Shown: positions 8,462 to 17,690 of the stretch, piece by piece | Layout of the letters: each line of letters opens with the position of its first letter | How positions within the stretch are numbered: the stretch's first letter is position 1 | Assembly (NCBI GenBank): GCA_964637655.1 | Contig: CAZWUZ010000003.1 | Coordinates: 1-43,462, forward strand | Direction: 5' to 3' | Origin: an uncultured bacterium | Lineage (GTDB): Bacteria > DAOPZR01 | Length of the DNA stretch: 43,462 nt | Position numbers and translations under genes: made by a program | The notes under the pieces: generated by a model | Told to the model about the DNA's origin: nothing | Seen by the model: the letters and a program-made list of their open reading frames with translations, nothing else | Database searches by the model: none

Positions 8462-9070
8462 ATGCAATGCTATCTGCATCCCGACCAGGGCGCGGTGCAC
8501 ATCTGTCTTTCCTGCAACCGCCCCATCAGCGACGCCTGCAAGGAAGAGTTCAAGGGTGAGATTTTCTGCCGCCCCTGTTTCAATGAAGTGAAGGAGCGCA
8601 AGGAACACGAACGCGTTTCGTTCACCACCACCAGTTCGTTCGAGGGGAAGCAGATCTCGAAATACTACGGGGTGGTTACCTCGCAGGTGGCGGTGGCGGT
8701 CGACATTCTCGAGTCGCTCGCGGCCACCATCGACCTCGATGGCGGGCGGCATCAGGACTACGAGAAGGAATTCCGCCGTGCCAAGCGCACCGCCATGGCG
8801 GAACTCGCCAACCGCGCCAAGAAGCTCGGCGCCAACGGCGTCGTCGGCCTGAAACTCGACGTCGTCTCCGTCAAGGGAAACCTGTTCCTCGTCATTCTCG
8901 CCGGCACCGCCGTCGAGGTCGACAATCTCGAACCCAACAGCACATACCCGTTATCCGGCGGGCCGGACCGGCAGTCCTGCCCGCCGTCCGTCTGTCATGC
9001 GATTTTGACAGTCGCGGCGACAGGTGCTACAGTGAAACACGCACGAAAGGAGACCCGCACGCCACGATAG
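8462..9070 (+). CDS. B-box-like zinc finger fused to a YbjQ (UPF0145) domain
   Basis: N-terminal CYLHP..CLSC..C..CRPC, followed by YbjQ motifs FTTTSSFEGKQISKYYGVV, AKKLGANGVVGLKLD, AGTAV. Confidence 0.75.
   Translation: MQCYLHPDQGAVHICLSCNRPISDACKEEFKGEIFCRPCFNEVKERKEHERVSFTTTSSFEGKQISKYYGVVTSQVAVAVDILESLAATIDLDGGRHQDYEKEFRRAKRTAMAELANRAKKLGANGVVGLKLDVVSVKGNLFLVILAGTAVEVDNLEPNSTYPLSGGPDRQSCPPSVCHAILTVAATGATVKHARKETRTPR
9005..9033 (+). promoter_or_regulatory. sigma70-type promoter for the phosphorylase gene
   Basis: TTGACA(9005-9010)-17 bp-TGcTACAGT (-10 at 9028-9033). Confidence 0.65.
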
Positions 9071-9123
9071 CACCCGACGCCGGCAGACGCCGTGCCCACC
9101 ACCCTTCCGGAGGACTGCAGACC

Positions 9124-12100
9124 ATGGCCGCACGTTCGTATCTCGACGCCCGCACGGGCAACTTCATCATCGAAAACTACAACTGGGCAAAACCGTTTTC
9201 CAACTTTCTTCCCGGCATTGCGGGAAAATGGGGCGTGCCCGCCTGGGTCTACTACCTCAACCGCGGGCAGGTGATTTCGTCGGCCGGGGTCAAGGACAAG
9301 AACGGACAGATCATCGAATTCTATTCCTTCAACAAGGCGCACATGCGCATTTTCCATGAGGGCTATCGTACCTTCCTGCGCGAGGGCGGCACCGTCTACG
9401 AACCGTTCTGCAAGACACGCGACCGCGCGGTGCGACAGACTCTTGCCGTCGGCGCCGCAGAGCTGACGCTGCACGAGCGGAATCCTGCCGCCGGCTGGGA
9501 AACAGACGTTGTCTATTACCCGCTTCCCAACCTGCCCTTTGCCGGCCTGGTGCGCGAACTGACGGTGCGCAACAGCACGAAACGATCGCGGCGGCTGGAA
9601 TGGCTCGACGGACTGGCGCGTATCCTGCCGCACGGTCTCGATCTCAACCGCACCAAGACCAGTCCGCGCCATATCGAGGGGATGATGGGGGTCGTGCCCG
9701 TCGGCCCGGTCAATCTCTTCCGCCTGCGCCAGACCCCCGACGACAGCGAGCAGGTCGGTCTGCTGACCGGCGGCAATTTCCATTTTGCGGCAGCCCCCGC
9801 CACCGCACGCACATTCGTCGATCCCGAGGCAATCTTCGGCGATGCAGTCAATTACGATACCCCGTGGGTGTTCACCACGGACGGGCTCGCCGGCGTGCGC
9901 CGGCAGCCGCAGTACCGTTTCAACAAAACCCCCTGCGCCTTTGCCGGCGGCACCGTCACCCTGCCACCGGGCGGCGCACTGCGGGTCGTCTCGGTTATCG
10001 GCTACGTGGCCACCGATGAGGCAGCGCGCCGGCTGCCGCGCCAGCTGACGCGCACGGTGCTCGCGCGCAAACGTGTGGAGAACCGGCAGGTGATCGACGA
10101 GATCGGGCAGCGCTGCTTCACCGTCTCGTCCGACCCGGTATTTGACGCCTACTGCCGTTATGATTTTCTCGACAACGTCATCCGCGGCGGCATGCCCGAG
10201 ATGTTTCCGGTCAAGGACGGGAAGAGCGCGTTTTACACCTACTCGCGGCAGAACGGCGACCTCGAGCGTGACTACCACTTTTTCGTGGTCGAACCGACCT
10301 ACCTGTCGCAAGGTACCGGACATTATCGCAGCGTGCTGCAGAACCGCCGCACCGATACGTGGTTTTTCCCCGAGACAGAGGACGCCAACCTGAAGATATT
10401 CCTCAACCTCGTGCAGTTCGACGGCTATAATCCGCTCGAGGTGAAAGGGCTGGAGTATACCGTCGCCGACCGCACCCCGGTGCGCCGCTGGCTGGCGCGG
10501 CAGGTGCCGCGCGCCGCCGACCGGGCGCGCCTCACCGCGCTGCTCGACAAACCCTTCACCCCGGGCGCGCTGGTCATGCAGCTCGAGGAAGCGGGCGCGC
10601 TGAAGAACATCTCGCGGGATGAAGCGCTGCGCGCCATCCTCGCGCATTGCCGCGAGGGAGAACTCGGGGCGCTGCACGAGGGGTTCTGGGTCGACCACTG
10701 GCATTACAACCTCGACCTGATCGACATCTACCTGATGGTCTATCCCGACCGCCTGCGGCAACTGTTGCTCGGCGGACGCGACTATTCCTATTTCGACGAT
10801 CCCGACATCATCCTGCCGCGCGACAGAAAATCGGTTGACGCGCACGGGAAGATCCGCCGCTACGGCGCAGTGGTGCGCGACCCGGAAAAACTCGCGCGCG
10901 CCAAAGCGCGTGTCACCGATCCCTACCGCGCGCGCACGCGCCACGGAAAAGGAGAGGTCTACCGCACGAACCTGCTGGTGAAACTGCTGACCATCACCGT
11001 CAACCGCCTCGCCACGCTCGATCCCGCCGGCACGGGCACCGAGATGGAGGCGGGCAAGCCGGGCTGGAACGACTCGATGAACGGGCTCCCCGGGCTGTTC
11101 GGGTCGGCGCTCTGCGAGACGCTCGAACTGCGCAAGGCCGTGCGCTTCCTGCAGGGCGCGCTGGCGAAACTCGACGCGCGCACCACGGTGCCTGTCTACG
11201 CGGAACTGGCGCAGTTCATGCACCAATTGCAGCCGGCGCTGCGCGCGCGGGCGCGGGTCCGCGGCGAAGCCGCTGCTTTCCGCTACTGGCAGACCGCCAA
11301 CACCCTCAAAGAGACGTACCGCGAACAGACCCGTCTGGGCATCAGCGGGCGTGAGGAGACGCTGAGCATCGCGCAATTGCGGACGTTTCTCGCTGCCGCA
11401 CGGGCAGTGCTTGACGCCATCTTCGCCCCTGAAGGCCGCCGCCGGGTGCTCTCCCCGCAGGGGGTCCCCTACACCTACTTCGTCAACGATGTCGTCAAGG
11501 CGCAGAAAACCGCGGGCAAAAGCCATCTCGGGTATCCGCTGGTGAAACCGCTCTCGTTCCGTCAGCGCCCGGTAAAACTTTTCCTCGAGGGTGCGGTGCA
11601 CTGGATGAAGGACCGTCCGGAGGAGGCGCGGCATATCTATCGCGCGGTACGCCGCTCGGACATCTTCGACCGCAAACTGCAGATGTACAAATCGTGCGAG
11701 AACATGACGGGGGAATCATTCGAACTCGGGCGCGCCGTCGGCGCCTACCCGCGCGGCTGGATCGAGAACGAGTCGATCTACCTGCACATGGAATACAAGT
11801 ACCTGCTCGAGATTCTGCGCAGCGGCCTGTGCGACGAGTTCTGGGCGGACGCTAAAACGACGCTGATGCCGTTCCTCGACCCGGCGGTGTACGGGCGTTC
11901 GACACTCGAGGGGGCGTCCTTCATCGTCTCCAGCGCCTACCACGACAAGCGCTATCACGGACAGGCGTTCCAGCCCCGCCTCTCGGGCATCACCTGCGAA
12001 TTCCTGCACATCTGGGTGCTGGCTGTGGCGGGTGAACGGCCGTTCCGCTGTGACGATGCTACCGGCGAATTGCGCCTGGAACTCGCGCCGCGGCTGCCGG

Positions 12101-12402
12101 GCTGGCTCTTCACAACGACGGCGCGCACGGTCGATTACCACGACCCGCAGGACGGCTGGGAACGGATTACCGTGCCGAAGAACGCCTTTGCCTGCAAGTT
12201 CCTCGGGCGCACCCTGGTGGTCTACCACAACCGTGCGCGGCGGAACACCTACGGAAAAACCGGGGTTTGCCCGGTGCGGTATGTTCTGCAGTATCGCGAC
12301 GGGCGGCGCGTTGCCGTCGACAGTGCGACCGTAGCGGGGCAGACGGCTCACGATGTGCGTGACGGTCTGATCAAGCGTCTCGAAGTCACACTGGCGCCGT
12401 AG
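9124..12402 (+). CDS. large glycoside phosphorylase, most like GH161 (beta-1,3-glucan phosphorylase; GH94/GH149-related)
   Basis: 1092 aa with no signal peptide. Motifs FSNFLPGIAG..GVPAWVYYLNRGQ, YSRQNGDLERDY, EGFWVDHWHYNLD, EMEAGKPGWNDSMNGLPGLFGS, GWIENESIYLHMEYKYLLE; GGAGG RBS. Family assignment is from recalled motifs. Confidence 0.7.
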   Translation: MAARSYLDARTGNFIIENYNWAKPFSNFLPGIAGKWGVPAWVYYLNRGQVISSAGVKDKNGQIIEFYSFNKAHMRIFHEGYRTFLREGGTVYEPFCKTRDRAVRQTLAVGAAELTLHERNPAAGWETDVVYYPLPNLPFAGLVRELTVRNSTKRSRRLEWLDGLARILPHGLDLNRTKTSPRHIEGMMGVVPVGPVNLFRLRQTPDDSEQVGLLTGGNFHFAAAPATARTFVDPEAIFGDAVNYDTPWVFTTDGLAGVRRQPQYRFNKTPCAFAGGTVTLPPGGALRVVSVIGYVATDEAARRLPRQLTRTVLARKRVENRQVIDEIGQRCFTVSSDPVFDAYCRYDFLDNVIRGGMPEMFPVKDGKSAFYTYSRQNGDLERDYHFFVVEPTYLSQGTGHYRSVLQNRRTDTWFFPETEDANLKIFLNLVQFDGYNPLEVKGLEYTVADRTPVRRWLARQVPRAADRARLTALLDKPFTPGALVMQLEEAGALKNISRDEALRAILAHCREGELGALHEGFWVDHWHYNLDLIDIYLMVYPDRLRQLLLGGRDYSYFDDPDIILPRDRKSVDAHGKIRRYGAVVRDPEKLARAKARVTDPYRARTRHGKGEVYRTNLLVKLLTITVNRLATLDPAGTGTEMEAGKPGWNDSMNGLPGLFGSALCETLELRKAVRFLQGALAKLDARTTVPVYAELAQFMHQLQPALRARARVRGEAAAFRYWQTANTLKETYREQTRLGISGREETLSIAQLRTFLAAARAVLDAIFAPEGRRRVLSPQGVPYTYFVNDVVKAQKTAGKSHLGYPLVKPLSFRQRPVKLFLEGAVHWMKDRPEEARHIYRAVRRSDIFDRKLQMYKSCENMTGESFELGRAVGAYPRGWIENESIYLHMEYKYLLEILRSGLCDEFWADAKTTLMPFLDPAVYGRSTLEGASFIVSSAYHDKRYHGQAFQPRLSGITCEFLHIWVLAVAGERPFRCDDATGELRLELAPRLPGWLFTTTARTVDYHDPQDGWERITVPKNAFACKFLGRTLVVYHNRARRNTYGKTGVCPVRYVLQYRDGRRVAVDSATVAGQTAHDVRDGLIKRLEVTLAP

Positions 12403-12416
12403 CCGGAACGACCCGC

Positions 12417-12959
12417 ATGCCGGCACTGCTGGCTGACCTGCTGCTGCTTGCCGGCGGACTGGCCTGCATCGGCTGGTACCGGACAACGGTCAATCGCTTT
12501 CACCGCGAGGCCCCGCGCGAATACCGTCTTGCCGCTGGTGCCGGGGCAGCAGTTCTGACCCTGCTGCTCGTGGCCAATACCATTCCGTTCCTGCATGTCG
12601 CCGCGGTCGCCGCTGAAGAACACCTGCAGACGTACGGTCCGACCTGGGAGGGGTATCGCCGCCTGGTGCTGAACCAGGCCGGCATCCTGTTTGGCACGTT
12701 TTCGCTCATGGTGCTGTTCCGTCAGGCACTGACCCGCCCGCAGCAGCATCCCGACGACACCCCGCGCGTGGCAGGACTGCGCCTGCAGCATGCCATGCTG
12801 CAACAGGTCGTGGTCAACTACTGGTGGCTGTTGTGTGTTGGCGGTATCGTCGCCGGAACCGTGGCGGGCAGCGGACCGGTTCTGCTGCTGGCCGTTGAGT
12901 TCACCCTGTGCTGGATGGGCACCGGCATCGCCATCCGCCTGCTGACCATCCGGCACTGA
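12417..12959 (+). CDS. hypothetical membrane protein (about 4-5 TM)
   Basis: Several hydrophobic segments; follows the phosphorylase by 14 bp on the same strand. Confidence 0.6.
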   Translation: MPALLADLLLLAGGLACIGWYRTTVNRFHREAPREYRLAAGAGAAVLTLLLVANTIPFLHVAAVAAEEHLQTYGPTWEGYRRLVLNQAGILFGTFSLMVLFRQALTRPQQHPDDTPRVAGLRLQHAMLQQVVVNYWWLLCVGGIVAGTVAGSGPVLLLAVEFTLCWMGTGIAIRLLTIRH

Positions 12960-12984
12960 CCGGGAACTGCACCACTGCGGTCAG

Positions 12985-14904
12985 TCAGTGCCGGTTATAG
13001 CGCAGCGTGCCGCCGGCGAGCAGCACATCCATCTGCCGCTCGCTCAATTCGAGCAGACCGTCGCCAAGGTGTTTTCCCGCCAGCAGCAGCGGCACGCGCC
13101 GCGCGCGCTCGACCAGCACCTCGGTAATGCCCTGCACCGTCAGGTGCGAACCCTGTTCCAGCGCCGCGTAGATTTTTTCATCGATCACCAGCGGGACGAT
13201 GCCGAAATTGACGAGGTTGGCCGCATGGATGCGCTCGAACGAGCGGGCCAGCACCGCGCGCACCCCGAGATACATCGGGCAGATGGCCGCATGCTCGCGT
13301 GACGAACCCTGCCCGTAGCTGAGTCCCGCCACGACAAATGCCGCCCTGCCCGCGTCACGCAGCACCGCCGCCTTTTCGTGAAACTGCGGGTCCTGCCGCT
13401 CGAACACATACTGCGCGTACTTAGGGATGTTGGAACGGAACTTCAGCCGCGCCCCGGCCGGCATGATGTCATCGGTGGTGATCATATCACCCAGTTTGAT
13501 CACCACCTCGCCGGCCAGGTCGGCGGGGAGTTCGGGCACCTGCGGCGGCGGGCCGATGTTCGGGCCGCGGCGGATGACCACCCTGTCCCCCTTTTTCGGC
13601 GGCACGATGACCAGGGTATCGTCGGCGATGAACTTCTTCGGCATCGTTACGTACGGGAACCGCCCGAGGGTGCGCGGGTCGGTCACCGTGCCGGTGAGTG
13701 CTGATGCGGCCGCCACCGCCGGACTGACCAGGTAGACCCCGGCATCGGCCGTGCCGCTGCGTCCCGCGAAATTACGGTTGCTCGTGCGCAGCGTAACCGT
13801 GCCGCTCGCCGGCGCATGCCCGCTGCCGATGCAGAACCCGCACGCCGATTCGGCGATACGCGCCCCCGCCTTGACGAGTTCGGCCAGCGCGCCGTTGCGC
13901 GAGAGCATTTCCAGCACCTGGCGCGACCCGGGCGCGACGACCAGCGACACGTCGGGGTGTACGGTCTTCCCCTTGAGCACCTTCGCCGCCAGCATGAGGT
14001 CGGTATACGACGAGTTGGTGCAGGACCCGATCACCACCTGGTTGACCTGCGTTTTTTTCAGCGAACAGATGGTGACTATATTGGCGGGGTTGTGCGGGGC
14101 GGCCGCCAGCGGCTGCAGTTTTGCCAGATCGATGTCGATGGTGCGGTCATACGCCGCGTCAGTATCCGGCAGCAGTTCACGCCACTGCTTTACCCGCCCC
14201 TGCGCGGCGAGGAACGCGCGGGTAACCCTGTCGCTGGGGAAAACCGAGGTGGTCACGCCCAGTTCCGCGCCCATGTTGGTGATGGTCGCGCGCTCGGGCA
14301 CCGACAGATGTTTCAGGCCGCTGCCGCCGTACTCGACCACCCAGCCGACATTCCCCTTGCTGGTAAGCAGCGAGAGGACGTGCAGAATGACATCCTTGGC
14401 CGAGACCCACGCGGGGAGTTTCCCGTTGAGGTTGATGCGCAGCACCTTCGGCCAGGCCATGGGGAAGGGGACGCCGGCCATGGCCAGCGCCACTTCGAGC
14501 CCGCCGGCGCCGATGGCGAGCATGCCGATCCCCCCTCCCGTCGGGGTGTGGCTGTCGGACCCGAGCAGCGTTTTGCCGGGCGCCCCGAAGCGCTCGAGAT
14601 GCACCTGATGGCAGATGCCGTTCCCCGGACGCGAGAAAAGAATCCCGTGCTTCGCCGCCACGCTTTGCAGGTAGCGGTGGTCGTCGGCATTCTCAAACCC
14701 CTGCTGCAGGGTGTTGTGGTCGACGTAGCTGACTGACAGTTCCGTCTTCACCCGCGACAGGCCGAGCGCCTCGAACTGCAGGTAGGTCATCGTCCCGGTC
14801 GCGTCCTGCGTCAGGGTCTGGTCGATGCGGATACCGACCTCCTCGCCCGCGCGCGGCGTGCCCGTGACCAGATGTTCATGCAGGATTTTCTCCACCAGGT
14901 TCAT
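12985..14904 (-). CDS. aconitate hydratase (short, about 640 aa type)
   Basis: DQTLTQDATG, DHN, GNGICHQVH, GSDSHT, IGSCTN, CGFCIG, RTSNRNF.GR, ITTDDIMP, YGQGSSREHAA. Start MNLVEKIL at ATG 14904. Confidence 0.9.
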   Translation of the reverse strand: MNLVEKILHEHLVTGTPRAGEEVGIRIDQTLTQDATGTMTYLQFEALGLSRVKTELSVSYVDHNTLQQGFENADDHRYLQSVAAKHGILFSRPGNGICHQVHLERFGAPGKTLLGSDSHTPTGGGIGMLAIGAGGLEVALAMAGVPFPMAWPKVLRINLNGKLPAWVSAKDVILHVLSLLTSKGNVGWVVEYGGSGLKHLSVPERATITNMGAELGVTTSVFPSDRVTRAFLAAQGRVKQWRELLPDTDAAYDRTIDIDLAKLQPLAAAPHNPANIVTICSLKKTQVNQVVIGSCTNSSYTDLMLAAKVLKGKTVHPDVSLVVAPGSRQVLEMLSRNGALAELVKAGARIAESACGFCIGSGHAPASGTVTLRTSNRNFAGRSGTADAGVYLVSPAVAAASALTGTVTDPRTLGRFPYVTMPKKFIADDTLVIVPPKKGDRVVIRRGPNIGPPPQVPELPADLAGEVVIKLGDMITTDDIMPAGARLKFRSNIPKYAQYVFERQDPQFHEKAAVLRDAGRAAFVVAGLSYGQGSSREHAAICPMYLGVRAVLARSFERIHAANLVNFGIVPLVIDEKIYAALEQGSHLTVQGITEVLVERARRVPLLLAGKHLGDGLLELSERQMDVLLAGGTLRYNRH

Positions 14905-14940
14905 CGCTCTTCTCCGTTGCCGAGTTGATACCGTCGAGGC

Positions 14941-14999
14941 ATTGTAGCTGCGCGCGCCGGCCGCTGTCAATTGCCCGCCGCCCGTCGGTATGATAGGGT
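14941..14999. promoter_or_regulatory. back-to-back promoters for aconitase (-) and suhB (+)
   Basis: Minus strand: TTGACA(14970-14965)-18 bp-TACAAT(14946-14941). Plus strand: TTGCCC(14971-14976)-17 bp-TGaTAGGGT (weaker match). Confidence 0.6.
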
Positions 15000-15049
15000 G
15001 CTGCTGCGGCACCATGCCGCCCGGAGTTGACCATGCAGCAGGTGCGGCG

Positions 15050-15850
15050 ATGACCCATCCCCTGGCGCAGGAACTGACGGTGGCGACCAATGTCGCGCGG
15101 CAGGCGGGGGCGCTGCTGCGCGAGCGCTATCTCGCCCATGAGCCGCTCCCCGTCACCCATAAGGGACAGAAGTACCTGGTTACCGAGACCGACTTGCAGG
15201 TGGAGAAGCTGGTCAGTGACGCACTGCAGCGCGTGTTTCCTGACGACAGCATCCTCGGCGAGGAAGGCGGGGACATCACACGCGGCGGCGGGCGGCAGTG
15301 GGTGATCGATCCCATCGACGGCACCACCAATTTCGTGCGCCGCATCCCCTTTTTCGCCGTTTCCATCGGGCTGGTGCAGGAGGGGCAGCTGCTGGCGGGT
15401 GTCGTCTACAATCCCATTCTCGACGAACTCTACACCGCCGCGCGCGGCGCGGGGGCGTACCTCAACGGCAAGAAACTGCATGTCACCGCGATTACCGACC
15501 TGCCGCAGGCGCTGGTCATCACCGGGTTCGCCTGCCTGCGCGCGGGCAAAACCCCGAACAACCTCGCCAATTTTGCGGCGGTGGCGCAGCAGACGCTCGG
15601 CATCAGGCGGCTGGGTGCCGCCTCGCTCGACCTCTGCGCCGTCGCCTCAGGGCGGGCCGAGGCCTTCTGGGAACTCTATCTCAAGCCGTGGGATATCGCG
15701 GCGGGCGCGCTGATCGTGCTCGAGGCGGGGGGCATGATCACCGATTTTGCCGGCAGCGACACCTGGCTGACGGGCTCATCGATTATTGCCAGCAACAGCG
15801 TCATCCACGACACCGTGCGCGGGCTGCTGCAACCCCTCTGTCCCGCCTGA
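15050..15850 (+). CDS. suhB: inositol monophosphatase family protein
   Basis: LVTETD, ILGEE, WVIDPIDGTTNF, RRLGAASLDLC, LKPWDIAAG. Confidence 0.88.
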   Translation: MTHPLAQELTVATNVARQAGALLRERYLAHEPLPVTHKGQKYLVTETDLQVEKLVSDALQRVFPDDSILGEEGGDITRGGGRQWVIDPIDGTTNFVRRIPFFAVSIGLVQEGQLLAGVVYNPILDELYTAARGAGAYLNGKKLHVTAITDLPQALVITGFACLRAGKTPNNLANFAAVAQQTLGIRRLGAASLDLCAVASGRAEAFWELYLKPWDIAAGALIVLEAGGMITDFAGSDTWLTGSSIIASNSVIHDTVRGLLQPLCPA

Positions 15851-15851
15851 A

Positions 15852-16547
15852 CTACGGTTCCGGCAGCGCCGCCGGGGGCGTGCCGAACGCTTTGAGGGTC
15901 ATCGCTTCCTCGATGTCGGCCACGGCCCGCTGCAGCACGGTCTGCAAAGCACGGTCGAGCAGTTTCGCCAGGTCCCCCCGCGTGAACGAATTGACCCGCG
16001 AATCGAGGTTGAGCACGCCCACCCAGACCGCGGTATCGTGTGACGCGTCGTAGGTGCGGTCGAGCAGCTGCAGGTTGCGGAAACGGTCGGTCACCTGGAC
16101 GTTGACCCGCACCGCCACCGCGATGGAGTCGTCCGTCCAGAGCCAGGTGACGTTATTGACGTAGGGAATGAACGACTCGAACGGCGGAACGCGCATGGCA
16201 CGGTAATTGAGCACCGTCCCGGTGACGGCAAACTGCGCCTGCGGCTGCTCCATCAGCCGCGCATCGACGCCGGCAGCGCGCAATTCGCTGATCAGCGCGC
16301 GCGTCACTCCTTCCGCCACCGGTTCCGTGTACATGGTGTCGTAGGTGCTGCTGTTGAGCAACCCGACCCCTTCACCCGTCCGTTCCGCCGCCGGGCGCGC
16401 ATCAGTGAGTGGCACCACCGCCACCGGCAGGCCGGTCAGTTCCGCCGCCACCGGCATGTCATAGCCGACCGCGTAGCGACGGTCGGCACACCCGGCCAGC
16501 AACAGCAGCGCGATAAGCAGCAGTGCACTTCCGGTCATTCTGGTCAT
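15852..16547 (-). CDS. putative lipoprotein (YajG-like)
   Basis: Lipobox LLLAGC, motif VAVVPLTDARP, GGAGG RBS upstream. Confidence 0.7.
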   Translation of the reverse strand: MTRMTGSALLLIALLLLAGCADRRYAVGYDMPVAAELTGLPVAVVPLTDARPAAERTGEGVGLLNSSTYDTMYTEPVAEGVTRALISELRAAGVDARLMEQPQAQFAVTGTVLNYRAMRVPPFESFIPYVNNVTWLWTDDSIAVAVRVNVQVTDRFRNLQLLDRTYDASHDTAVWVGVLNLDSRVNSFTRGDLAKLLDRALQTVLQRAVADIEEAMTLKAFGTPPAALPEP

Positions 16548-16565
16548 AGGTGTTCCTCCACACCC

Positions 16566-16654
16566 ATGGTAGCAAGCGCAACTGCCGCAGTCAATACGCG
16601 CCTGAAGACGTCACGTGCAGCGAAGTTGACAGCATCCCCCGGGCACTCTATGCT
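16566..16654. promoter_or_regulatory. divergent sigma70-type promoters
   Basis: Minus strand: TTGACT(16594-16589)-17 bp-TACCAT(16571-16566). Plus strand: TTGACA(16626-16631)-17 bp-TATGCT(16649-16654). Confidence 0.7.
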
Positions 16655-16673
16655 GCGACCAGGGAGGTTCCCC

Positions 16674-17624
16674 ATGCAGGCACTGGTTTTCGACGGCACC
16701 CTTACCCTGCGGGACATTCCCGTGCCGCAGCCGGCAGCGGGAGAAGCACTCATCCGCGTCGAGTATTCCGCGATCTGCAACACCGACCTGGAAATCCTGC
16801 GCGGCTACATGGGGTTTCGCGGTGTCTGCGGCCATGAGTTTACCGGCATCGTCGAGCAGGGGAGTGACGCGCTGCGCGGCAAACGCGTGGTCGGGGAGAT
16901 CAACTGCGCCTGCGGCAACTGCGACTGCTGCCGGCGCGGGCTGCCGACCCATTGCCCGGCGCGCACCGTGCTCGGCATCGCCGGGCGGCAGGGGGCCTTC
17001 GCGGAATACCTCACGCTTCCCGAGCGGAACCTGCACGTCATTCCCGACCACCTGTCATCGCGCAGGGCGCTGTTCACCGAGCCGCTGGCGGCGGCGCTGC
17101 AGATACGCGAACAACTCGCGCTCACGCCGGCTGACCGCATCCTGCTTTTCGGCACCGGCAAACTCGGGCTGCTCGTGGCGATGGTACTGCAACAGGCGGG
17201 CCTGCACTGCCGGGCATTCAACCGCAACCCGGACAAAGTTGCTTTCGCCCGTTCGCTCGGACTGCACTGCGACGAACTGTCCGCACTGGCGGCGGAGGCA
17301 CAGGCGGATGTCTGCATCGACTGCACCGGCAACCCGGAGGGCATCACGCTGGCCCTGCACCACCTGCGCCCGCGCGGCACGCTGGTGCTCAAAACCACCG
17401 TGGCACAGCCGCAGGCGTTCGACACCAACTGCATCGTCATCAATGAACTGACCGTGCTCGGGTCGCGCTGCGGCCCGTTCGCGCCCGCGCTGCAATTGCT
17501 GGCGAACGGCAGCATTGATCCGGAGCCGCTCATCAGCGCGGAGTATCCGCTGACGCGGATCGACGCGGCGCTTGCTGCCGCGCGCACGCGCGACGCCCTG
17601 AAGATCATCATCCGCCATAGCTGA
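16674..17624 (+). CDS. zinc-dependent medium-chain alcohol/sugar dehydrogenase
   Basis: ICNTDLE, GHEFTG, structural Zn site CACGNCDCC...HC, EPLAAA, GTGKLG, GSRCGPF; GGAGG RBS precedes the ATG at 16674. Confidence 0.9.
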   Translation: MQALVFDGTLTLRDIPVPQPAAGEALIRVEYSAICNTDLEILRGYMGFRGVCGHEFTGIVEQGSDALRGKRVVGEINCACGNCDCCRRGLPTHCPARTVLGIAGRQGAFAEYLTLPERNLHVIPDHLSSRRALFTEPLAAALQIREQLALTPADRILLFGTGKLGLLVAMVLQQAGLHCRAFNRNPDKVAFARSLGLHCDELSALAAEAQADVCIDCTGNPEGITLALHHLRPRGTLVLKTTVAQPQAFDTNCIVINELTVLGSRCGPFAPALQLLANGSIDPEPLISAEYPLTRIDAALAAARTRDALKIIIRHS

Positions 17625-17690
17625 ACGGGGCTCGCACCGGCAGAAAACACATTTACAATCCGCGCGACGGTATGCTATGGTACCGGCATC

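Noticed and set aside
9034..9123. Riboswitch in the ~85-nt leader of the phosphorylase (contains an orphan AAAGGAG)
   Set aside because: I could not match a known aptamer consensus or see a terminator/anti-terminator; an Infernal/Rfam scan would be needed.
8995..11634. 879-aa minus-strand ORF, and similar long antisense ORFs at 33-1409, 23361-25523, 32441-34543, 37123-39060 and 39208-41505
   Set aside because: All lie opposite well-supported genes and lack recognisable domains; they reflect codon bias.
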